Positions 37,480-47,335 of a DNA stretch of 64,000 nucleotides are shown piece by piece; the stretch's first letter is position 1, and the number at the start of each line of letters is the position of its first letter. Both the position numbers and the translations under genes were made by a program. The notes beneath the pieces were generated by a model that saw only the letters and a list, made by a program, of their open reading frames with translations, was not told where the DNA came from and made no database searches. Origin of the DNA: Octopus sinensis (lineage: Eukaryota); contig NC_042997.1 in assembly GCF_006345805.1 (NCBI RefSeq), forward strand, positions 80,104,001 through 80,168,000, in the 5' to 3' direction.

Positions 37480-38891
37480 AAAAAAATAAGATTAGGCTGT
37501 GTGCCAATTTCTCTACAGGCTTGAATGACTGCTTAAAAACATACCACCATCCACTCCCGATTGCACAGGACATTTCTTTCTAAGTTAAACAGTGGAAAAT
37601 GTTTTCCAAATTAGATCTGTCTGAAGCCTATTTGCAGATAAAAGTAAATGAAAAATGCTCTAAGTATTTGACAATAAATACACACATAGGGTTGTACAGA
37701 TACACACAATTACCTTTTGGATTAAAAGTGGTACTGCAATATTCCAGCAAATCAGGGATACGATGTTATCTAATTGTGAATTTGCAATCCCATATTTGGA
37801 CAATATTTTGATCTAGAGTAATTCTTGTGAACAGCATGTGGAACACATAAAAGCTGTGTTTAAGAAAATTAAAGTTTTCAGGTTCACTTTGAGTGAAGAA
37901 AAATGCAAATTCTTTCTACCCCAAATTAATTACTTAGGACAAATAACTGATAAAAATGGTAGATGTCCTGACCTGTTTAGGGTAGATGCAATAAGGAATA
38001 TGCCTGCACCAACAAATATTCCAACTTTACAAGCATTTCTTGGAGTGGCAAATTATTATCAAAGCTACATTCCTAATATGCACAAGATAAGGATTCCATA
38101 GAACAACTTATTAAAAAAAGGAGTAAATTGGAACTGGTCCACTAAATGCCAGAAAACTTTTGAAGAAATAAAAAAAAATCATAATCTCGGACCTGTCATT
38201 AAGACATTATGATCCTGAAATGGACATCATTGTAGCATCTGATGCTTCAGAGAACAGATTAGGTGCAGTTCTACTTCATAAAAATGAAGATGAAAGTACA
38301 AAATCAGGGGTTCAATGTTTCATGCTCTCTAATAGCTGCAGAGAAGAGATATAGCGAAATTGAAAAGGAGGCCCAAGCAATTATTTTTGCAGTTAAAAAT
38401 TTTCACAAGTTTCTGCATGGCAGAAGATTTTTTATTGCAAACGTATCATAGGCTTTTGCTGTTGTTTTATGGGTCTAAAAAAAGGGTTACTAATTTTATG
38501 GGTCTAAAAAAAGGGTTACTAATTCATACTGTGAACTGCCAATGTTGGGGTGAAATATTACAAAATTATAATTTCAAAATGCAATACATTCCATTAAAAA
38601 AACCGGTCATGCAGACTGCCTTTCGAGATTAATTCCAAAAAATATGGAACCATTAGAAGTGACTGCTATAGTCACACTGCAGGCAGAAAGTGAAATTAAA
38701 AGTTTTATTACAAACATTATTCAAGAACTACCAGTGACAGCACAGGATATAAAAATGAAAGTTGTAGGTGATGAGTATATTACGAAAATAAAAGAGGCTT
38801 TAATAAATAAACAGAATTAAAATTCAGATGCCTGTAGATTTTCAGTTTGTGACAATATTCTGATGTATGCCCAAAGAGTGGTGGCTCCAAC
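37480..38891 (+). mobile_element. Ty3/Gypsy pol relic, part 1 (RT, RNase H)
   Basis: FSKLDLSEAYLQ, LYRYTQLPFGL, FLGVANYY, IIVASDAS, AEKRYSEIEKEAQAIIFAVK; many frameshifts. Confidence 0.9.
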
Positions 38892-38893
38892 TA

Positions 38894-40186
38894 CGAGGGA
38901 CGTTCAATAAGTAATGCCCCTGACCCACTTGCATTTGTTTGATCTAGCTGAAATTTTGCATGTGCAATTATTTATATCTCTATAGATTAAGTGGCAAATT
39001 ACAGCTCTGAACTAATTGTGGTTTCTGATTTACAGGTGTTTGAACTGAGTCAAGTGTGAAATGGAGACTGTTGAATGTCGAGCAGTGATCTGGTTTTTGT
39101 ATTTGAAAGGACGCACACCACAGGAGACTTTTGATGAAATGAAAGTAACTTTATGGTGATGATGCCCCATCATATGACCTTGTAAAACGCTGGCATCGTG
39201 AATTCAAACATGGTCGGAACTCAGTGGAAACAGCTCCCAGATCTGGTCGCCCCCTTCTGCCATTGATGAGGCATCTGTCCGTCAAGTTGAGGCTGCCATT
39301 TTGGAAGATCGATGCATAACTATTCGCCAAATAGCCCATGAGGTCAAAATTAGTACCGGGTCTGTGGAAACTATCATTCATGACCATTTGCATATGCAAA
39401 AGGTGTCTGCCAGATGGATTCCCAAGTTGCTCACACCTTTCCAGAAGCAAGAACGCGTTGAGTGCTTGAGGATGAATTTGGAGATGTGCCAAGAAGATGA
39501 GTCAAAATTTTTCAAAAGACTGATTGCACAGGATGAAACCTGGGTCCATCACTATGATCCAGAGACCAAAGCCCAGTCAATGCAGTGGAAGCACCGTGAC
39601 TCACCTCCTCCAAAGAAGGCAAGGGTGCAGCCCTCCGCTGGCAAGGTCATGCTCACAGTCTTCTGGGTCCAGGACGGAGTAGTGATGACAGATTTCCTGG
39701 CAAAGGGTACCACAATTACAGGAGCCTATTATGCTTCACTTTTGAGGAAATTAAGAGAAGCTATCAAAATCAAGAGGCGGGGCAAGATCAGCAAAGGCAT
39801 CCTCCTCCTGCAGGACAACGCTCCGGTCCACAACTCACTTGTTGCCAGATCAGAAGCACAGGCGTGCGGCTATGAACTCCTCCCCCATCCCCCCTACTCT
39901 CCTGACCTTGCACCCTCTGATTTTCAGCTCTTCCCAGCCATGAAGTTGTTTTTGAAAGGAAAGCATTTCCCAGATGATGCAGCCTTGATTTCTGAAGTCA
40001 CGTCGTGGTTGGAGGACCAAGCTGGTGTCTTCTACAAAAATGGTCTCCAGAGCTGCATCAAACGATGGGATAAATGCATAACTCTGGGTGGTTCCTATGT
40101 AGAAAAAGACTAATAACTGAGCCAAGTTTCGTTGCTCTACTGCTATGGGAAGTGGGTCAGGGGCATTACTTATTGAACGCCCCTCG
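38894..40186 (+). mobile_element. Mariner transposon, full length (1293 bp), near-intact DD34D transposase (39061-40113)
   Basis: 37-bp TIRs with 1 mismatch, TA TSD at 38892-93 and 40187-88; METVECRAVIWFL start, WIPKLL, QDETWVHHYDPE, QDNAPVH, PYSPDLAPSDF; two compensating frameshifts near 39151 and 39254. Confidence 0.96.
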
Positions 40187-40188
40187 TA

Positions 40189-41897
40189 TTAGGTCAACCC
40201 ATAAATAATTTTTTTTATACTTTTTTTTTATTTTTCAAAATTAAGATAGACAAAGTTATTTTTTAATCTAAAATATACTAAAATATAGGCGCAAGAGTGG
40301 CTGTGTGGTAAGTAGCTTGCTAACCATCCACATGGTTCCGGGTTCAGTCTCACTGCGTGGCATCTTGGGCAAGTGTCTTCTGCTATAGCCCCGAGCCGAC
40401 CAATGCCTTGTGATTGGATTTGGTAGACGGAAACTGAAAGAAGCCTGTCGTATATATGTATATATATATATGTATGTGTGTGCGTGTTTGTGTGTCTGTG
40501 TTGTCCCCCTAGCATTGCTTGACAACCGATGCTGGTGTGTTTACGTCCCCGTCACTTAGCGGTTCAACAAAAGAGACCAACAGAATAAGTACTGGGCTTA
40601 CAAAGAATAAGTCCCGGGGTCGATTTGCTCGACTAAAGGTGGTGCTCCAGCATGGCTGCAGTCAAATGACTGAAACAAGTAAAAGAGTAAAAGAGTAAAG
40701 AGTATACTCTCTTTCATTTTCTACAATGCTCTTCCATCTATCTAGTAGACTTGCATGGCCCTTCTTCCAAAATTCACTTGTCCATGACAAAAAATACTCC
40801 TCCAAGTCTGTTCTGACCTCATCTACAGAATTCACATTTTTTCCATCCAAATGATTTTGAAGATTACAGAATAAATGATAATCAGACAGGACAATGTCTG
40901 GCAAATATGGTGGGTGGGGCATCATTTCCCATTCAAACTGCTCCAGTCTTTGGAATGTCATCCTCACTGTATGTGGCTGAGCATTATCCTGATGGGAGAA
41001 CACCTTTTATCTTGAAACCAAAGGTGGTCAATTTTCTTCTAGCACTGACTTAAGCCACTCAAGCTGCTGACAGCAGATCTCCTTTGTTATCATTTGGTTT
41101 GGGTTTAAAAGTTCAAAGTGAACTAAACCTTTCATATCCCATCAAACAGATAACAACACCTTACATAGGTGAAGACCTTCTTTAGCCTGGGGTGCCAGTG
41201 TTTCTCCATTCCCTACCCACTGTCTTAGGTGCTTGACATTTTTATAGAGAACCCATTTCTCATCACCAGTCACAAGTCAGACCAAAAATGGTTCATTCGT
41301 GAGATGTGACAGCAAAGATGAGCACACATTCACTCTCTGTGTGCAATTAAACTCAGAAAGTTTGTGAGGCACTGGCCCAATTTGCTGACCTTTCTAATAG
41401 CACACAGGTGCTAATGAATGGTTGAATGACCAAATCCAAGCTTTTCTGCTAGTTCTTCAAAAGTTATGATAGGATTTGGTTCCACCAGGGTTTGCAGGAC
41501 ATCCTTGTCAAGCTCAACAGATCTTCCAGGATGAGGCTTGTCTTCTAGGCTGTAGATTCTGGCTTGGAAATTTTGGAACTACCATTGACATTGGCTTATG
41601 TTTATTGTCCAATATCTATATACTGCATTAATATTTCTCACACTTTCCATTACATTGTTTGTCTTTATTGAACTCATTAAGCAAAATATGCTGAATATGC
41701 TTTGTCACTTCCATTATAGCTTTGAAAAAATAACTGTTAAAATCGAACTGCACTCTTCAAAACTTGCACTAAGAATAAGTACAAGATAAAATTACTACCT
41801 GCTTTTATAGCAAGTTGATGCAGGTAGTTTATTCCACTCAACTCTGACTTTTAATTCATGCAATTGAAAAAACTGCATTATTTATGGGATGATTCAA
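40189..41897 (-). mobile_element. Older mariner transposon (degenerate), interrupted by a SINE
   Basis: TIRs ttaggtcaacccataaataa and decayed ttatttatgggatgattcaa, TA at 41898-99; transposase from ATG 41714 (MEVTKHIQHILL) to HQDNAQPH, PPYLPDIVLSDYHLF, EYILD*. Confidence 0.88.
40288..40703 (+). mobile_element. SINE family A, full length, inside the older mariner
   Basis: ggcgcaagagtggctgtgtggtaag head, (gagtaaaa)n tail; tatact on both sides. Confidence 0.9.
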
Positions 41898-41899
41898 TA

Positions 41900-42560
41900 C
41901 ATTACAAAAAGGTGTATTGCAACAATTTCACAGTGGACATCCAGGAATGTCAAGGATGAAGACTCTGATGAAGAGTTATGTCTGTTGGCCGTCTATGGAC
42001 CAGGATACTGAAAACTTGGTGAGAACATGCTAAGATTGCATGCTTGCAGCCAAAGCCCCACCGGTAAAATAACAATTGTGGCCAGAGACAGAGAACCCAT
42101 AATCTATACATATTGACTATGCCGGACTGGTAAATGGTGCTTACTACCAAATCATAGTTGATAACTGTATTAAGAGACCGGAGGTTTGCAGGTGCTATAG
42201 ACCAACATCTAAGACAACTATAAAGCTCTTATACGAATTGTCTGCATGATACTGCATTCCTGACATGCTAGTTTCAGACAATGGAACACAGTTCTCTGAG
42301 CATGAATTCAAGAACTTCTGTAAAAGGCATGCAATAAAGTATATTTTCACCCCACCCTACCACCTGAGGTCAAACGGACTGGTAGAAAGATTTGTGGACA
42401 CCTTTAAAAAAGCGTTAAGAAAAGTAAGGAATTAATTAAGTAACGGCGAAGCACTGACAAATTTCTGAAGAAAATACAGAATGACTCCCCCAACCCAAGT
42501 ATAAATTCAGGGAGGTCTCCCACAGAACTGATGTTCGCAAGAAGAATAAAATCCATGTTT
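41900..42560 (+). mobile_element. Ty3/Gypsy pol relic, part 2 (integrase)
   Basis: FHSGHPGMSRMK zinc-binding region, IHIDYAG, LVSDNGTQFS, PPYHLRSNGLVERFVDTFK. Confidence 0.9.
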
Positions 42561-42574
42561 GATAAGCTATTTTC

Positions 42575-43125
42575 AGACAGTGGACGTGTTTGGGTCTGGA
42601 GGCTTTCCAATCAAGAATTTGATTTGAAACAACTCCAACCAACTGTGAAACATGGTGGTATCTCTGTAATGGCATGTAATGGTTGTTCTGAGCTGATCGA
42701 ATGCGTTGGAACCATAAACTCTGAAAACTACATCGAAATACTTAAGCAAGGACTACTTCCGATGTATTCACATGATAACATAATGAGAAATGAGTTTTTA
42801 TTCATGTAAGATGGAGCTCCATACCTCACAACAAAAATGAATCAACAATGGCTGACTGAAAATGGGATCAAAAAGCTTCCTTGGCCGAGCCAATCTCCTG
42901 ACATGAACCCAACTGAAAATTTTTGGAGCATACTAGATAGAGCTATACGAAAAACTTAACAGAAACCTAAATCTAAAGATGAATTTTTTCGATTATTGCA
43001 TGAAAAGTGGGCAGAAATTCCACAAGAGACAATCACAAAGCTCATCAGTTCAATGCCTAAAAGAGTTTCTGAAGTAAAAACTACAAAGGGAATGTCAACT
43101 AAATACTACATTTCAATTGTTCACC
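42575..43125 (+). mobile_element. Tc1-like transposase C-terminal fragment
   Basis: PTVKHGGISVM, WPSQSPDMNPTENFWS, SMPKRVSEV..KGMSTKY*. Confidence 0.82.
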
Positions 43126-43699
43126 TTGCGTATCAAATAAAAGATTTTGAAAATTAAAGGTGTCTTTTTACTTCCTGTATGTCTGTGATGTCTGTGTATA
43201 TATATAAATAAAAAAAAATTATATATTCCTTTGAAAAATGAAATCTCAAAAGGTGAGATGTATGAGAGTACAACACCCCCTGGCAAGAATGAGCTGGACT
43301 ACTATATAAAAATAGTAGTAGTCTGAGTAAGTGAGGTCGTTCATGCAAGTTCCACAGTTTACGTTTTGATAGTTCAAAGTTTACAGTTCAAGTTAGCATG
43401 TTGGATTGTTGCTTCTTAAAATATTGTTTTTATGTTCTGTGTAGTTACTGCCATTTGTTAATACACTGTTGCAGCATATTCAGTTATCCATAAAGATATA
43501 ACATATATATATATATATATATATCTGTATGCCTGCATTCATATATTTATTGTAACATCCATTTCTCCATGGTTGGACTAATATATATTACTGAGACATT
43601 GTTAACACAGCCAGGTGCCTTTCCTATCACTAACACTTATCTATTCTTCAAGTAAGGGAGTTTTCTCTCTAAACTTCTTCAACTTCATGCACGCGCATG

Positions 43700-43739
<40 letters not shown>

Positions 43740-44187
43740 TCATGAGCTTCTATAATTTCTACCTACCAATTACAATCAGAAAATATTGCTCAACCCTGAT
43801 TACAGCACAACGACATAGATCCCTGTGGCAACAAACAAAGTCCATATCCTCACAACCACACACACACACATATGTATATACATGCACATAAACTCACACA
43901 CATGTGCACAAGCACATTGACAAATATTACATGTATTGTTACTTACCAATCAAATAAAGAAAATGCCTTATATAAAATAATTCAATACATGTATTGGCTC
44001 TTTTACCTCTCTTTAAATCTCCTGCCAACAGCAACTTTCAGATGGCATCAAAACATCAAGTAACATTTCAATAGGGAAAAAAAATGGGGAAACATTTAAT
44101 AATGTATTAATATGGAAAAACAACAACTGCTTATAATGCTAGGAGTAATAAATGATGCAATAAAATGAAGACTTCTAAAGTACTCAC

Positions 44188-44275
44188 CATGAGACATTGC
44201 CCAATATATTGCCTTTTCTTTAAGCTTTGGAATGTTAATTCTGGAATGGTCGGAGTTTAACATAAAGAATGCCAT
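44188..44275 (-). CDS. GSS: GSS coding exon 1 (MAFFMLNSDHSRINIPKLKEKAIYWAMSH-G)
   Basis: ATG at 44273-44275, donor G|gtgagt, phase 1 joins the next exon as H-G-ILMR. A pyrimidine tract plus cag acceptor lies 8 nt upstream of the ATG (exon starts 44283), implying an upstream UTR exon. Confidence 0.88.
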
Positions 44276-44595
44276 AGTTTAACCTGCAAAAAATAAATCT
44301 TCAGTCAGAACAAAACTGGAAAGAGTAACTTATTGATTCATACTTTTGTATGAAGAAAATAATACTGAATACAATATAATTAAGAAATTTATCCAAAAAG
44401 TGTGACTTGTAATTTATCTTTTATGTTTTACTTGTTTCAGTCATTGGGCTGCAGCCTTCCTGGGGCATCACCTTGAAGGATTTAGTTCAACACATTGACC
44501 CCAGAACTTATTTCTTTTTCCTCCACCGAGAACATGAACAAACCAATACCATTTATCAAGCAAAAGGTGGGGCAAACACATACATAAAAACACAG

Positions 44596-44629
<34 letters not shown>

Positions 44630-44689
44630 CACACACACACACAACACACACACATACACATACACACACACAACATGCTTCTTTCAAGA

Positions 44690-45195
44690 TTTGTTTGTCA
44701 CTTGTTTGACCTTAACCAGTTGAGCATGTCCCTTAGTGGCTGATGATATGTGCATCTCTGATCATGATCAGAAGTAGTGGGGGAGCATCATAGCCATGTG
44801 TTGAAAGGAATTCTTGGAGGTTTGGATAATTCACCTTTGGAAACATCGCTGGTTCGTTCAACATCCTTAAACAATCCTTATTCAGGGACCTTTTGAGCGG
44901 AATGGGCTACTCTTCTTCTTACAGCATTCATCCGGGGTCGGTTGAGCTGGCTTCATTCATCCTCAATGCTGCATCTCTCACAAACACTGATCAGGCCTGT
45001 TGATGGGCTACTCGACCGGAAGAAAATTCTAACAGGGCCCCACCTGCAAGGTCATGCACTGTTTATCTTGATATGAGATCACCATGTCGCACTCATATCG
45101 TTGTGATGCATGTGCCTGGTGTACCCTTATCAGACAGGTAGTCATGATGGGTATACTGGGCTTCGTATATTTTACCCCAGCGCTATCTCACTCAA
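44690..45195. mobile_element. Unclassified interspersed repeat carrying a 90-bp insertion
   Basis: Higher-complexity segment split at 44913-45002 by an insert flanked by atgggctactc direct repeats; family not assigned. Confidence 0.45.
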
Positions 45196-45221
45196 TAATA
45201 ATAATAATAATAATAATAATG

Positions 45222-45268
<47 letters not shown>
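45195..45268. repeat. (AAT)n microsatellite
   Basis: Direct inspection. Confidence 0.95.
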
Positions 45269-45649
45269 TTCTCATACTGGTATGTGTCCACACATTTTAA
45301 AGGCAGGGGCAATTAAATAAGTTAGCCTCAGTACTTGACTGTTACTTCTTTTATTGAGGCCAAAGAAATTAAAGGCAAAGCTGGCATTAATGAGATTCAG
45401 ACTAATAGCAGAGAGGAACATATCTGACTACTGCTAGGCTACAATTGGACTCTTGAGCTCCTCTGCCATTCCAATATTTTAATAATAACAATAATAATTT
45501 TATACACTGACACAAGGCCATAAATTGGATAGGGAAGAGTACTGACAATTGAATAAACCTCAGTAATTACATGTACTCGTACTTATTTTTCCTGAGGAAT
45601 GAAAGTTAAAGTTCACTTTCATAGGATTTAAAATTTAACAATGCTAATC

Positions 45650-46500
45650 AGGTCAAGTGTGGAGGCATGCACTGTAGCAACACATTGCTGCATTCACTAT
45701 TTGTTGGTATATTCCCAGATCTCCCTGGGTGACCCATAGAGCATAGTACCAGTCAGTCCCCAACTCCACAAAATAATTCCTAATCTGCCATGACTATGTG
45801 GCATATGTTCGACCAACATGAGCTGTCAATCCAGGCGGATTCTCAGTGAAGAGGACACAGCAAGCAGGGTCTAAATTGGAAAATTGAGCAACATAACCAG
45901 TCTGAGCTGGTGTTCCTCAAACATTCAAGCAACAGGACATCTCAGTTTCTGAGTAGAAGCATTGGTTGGATACGAAATCTGAGCATTGGAACCCATAATT
46001 TTGTGAAGCATCCAGGTACCAAAGGTAGCTCCTAAGGGCCCTGAACAGCATCCAAGTTTCACAACGATACTTCGGGACACAGAGGATCAGACACCTAAAG
46101 CCCAAACCTTTGTCTTCCAACACAGATATCAGCAGTGCCAAACAGCCTTGTCCAATGAGTTCACAACTGCACCAGCTCATCCAAGTCTTTTTATGACTTC
46201 AAAATCACAGTTAATACTGCTTAAAATCTCACTGCTGAGATAAGCAAAGCAGTCAACAAATTCAACATCTTCACCCACAACAGAGACAGACAAAGTGGAG
46301 TCCTTCAAGAAGTGAACAAAGGACTAGATCTTTGTCTTGAACCAAGGCCAAGTGATTCTGCTTCCTCACTCAGTTAAAAGAACTTCTTAAGATATCCAGA
46401 GACTCAGCAACAATGACTATTAACTGCATCATCAGCAAAACCTATCTGTTATCTTAGATAACATAGGCCTGTTATCCTAGTTTCACCAACAAGTGCCACC
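45650..46500 (-). mobile_element. Old non-LTR (RTE-like) RT C-terminal relic
   Basis: Degenerate minus-strand relics resembling the VEFVD.FAYLSS region and downstream thumb; weak. Confidence 0.5.
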
Positions 46501-46592
46501 ATTCGGCTGATGACATTACATTTAACCTTAATGTTTTTTTTTTTTTTTGTTTTTTTTCTCTCCTTCTTTCTGTGTTTTTCTCTCTCTGTGTA

Positions 46593-46630
46593 TCTTTCTG
46601 TTGAAGAGCGTAGGCTCGAAACGTTAAAGA
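46593..46630 (+). ncRNA. Minimal type-I hammerhead-ribozyme-like motif (Penelope-associated type) with non-canonical CUGUUGA core
   Basis: tcttt-CTGTTGA-a-GAGC(gtag)GCTC-GAAA-C/G-TT-aaaga: helix I tcttt/aaaga, 4-bp helix II, loopless palindromic helix III (AACGTT). Confidence 0.55.
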
Positions 46631-46728
46631 CTTGTTTTATTTATATTTCCTGAGCGCCATACTAATACAATTGTTCGTTTGTCTTCCACCTGCCTTCGTC
46701 TTTTGTTTATTTTCATAAAGCTTCCCGT

Positions 46729-46757
46729 TATATATATATATGTATATGTATATATAA

Positions 46758-46801
<44 letters not shown>

Positions 46802-46882
46802 GTAATATATATATATAGATATATATATATATATATATGTATATTATATATATATTATATATATAATATATATATATATAAT

Positions 46883-46915
<33 letters not shown>

Positions 46916-46979
46916 TATATATATATAATATATGTATATGTATAATATATTATATATATATAGTATATATATATATATA

Positions 46980-47021
<42 letters not shown>

Positions 47022-47044
47022 TATATATATATAATATATATATT

Positions 47045-47113
<69 letters not shown>

Positions 47114-47335
47114 ATATATATATATATATTATATTATATATATATAATAATATATATATATGTATATATCTATATATATATATATATATGTATATTATAT
47201 ATATATATAATATATATATATAATATATATATATATATATGTATATGTATATATATGTATATGTGTATATATATATATGATATGTATATATATATATATG
47301 TATATATATGTATATGTATATAATATATATATATA
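46729..47335. repeat. (TA)n-rich tract
   Basis: Direct inspection. Confidence 0.95.

Larger units (their letters stand above)
750..44283 (-). other. GSS: Glutathione synthetase gene locus (10 coding exons in window; 3' end runs off the left edge; 5' non-coding exon not found)
   Basis: Join 44188-44275, 35627-35813, 28702-28783, 27314-27483, 23302-23344, 11116-11189, 9974-10138, 7895-7964, 3638-3829, 750-831 gives one open frame with eukaryotic GSS motifs in order: RSDY, KQIEINT, ERNIFDQ, VVYFRDGY, LAGTKK, VLKPQREGG. All introns are GT-AG with matching phases. Confidence 0.97.

Noticed and set aside
38465-38525. 29-bp tandem duplication in Gypsy pol (and a similar one at 29447-29505 in an RTE tail)
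   Set aside because: Ordinary slippage duplications in dead elements.
39301-40113. Domesticated (SETMAR-like) transposase
   Set aside because: Intact TIRs and TA TSDs, no fused domain or splice link to GSS; behaves as an ordinary insertion.
43240-43500. Possible polypurine tract and 3' LTR of the Gypsy relic
   Set aside because: aaaaggtgaga-TGT is suggestive, but no matching 5' LTR was found upstream of 37480.
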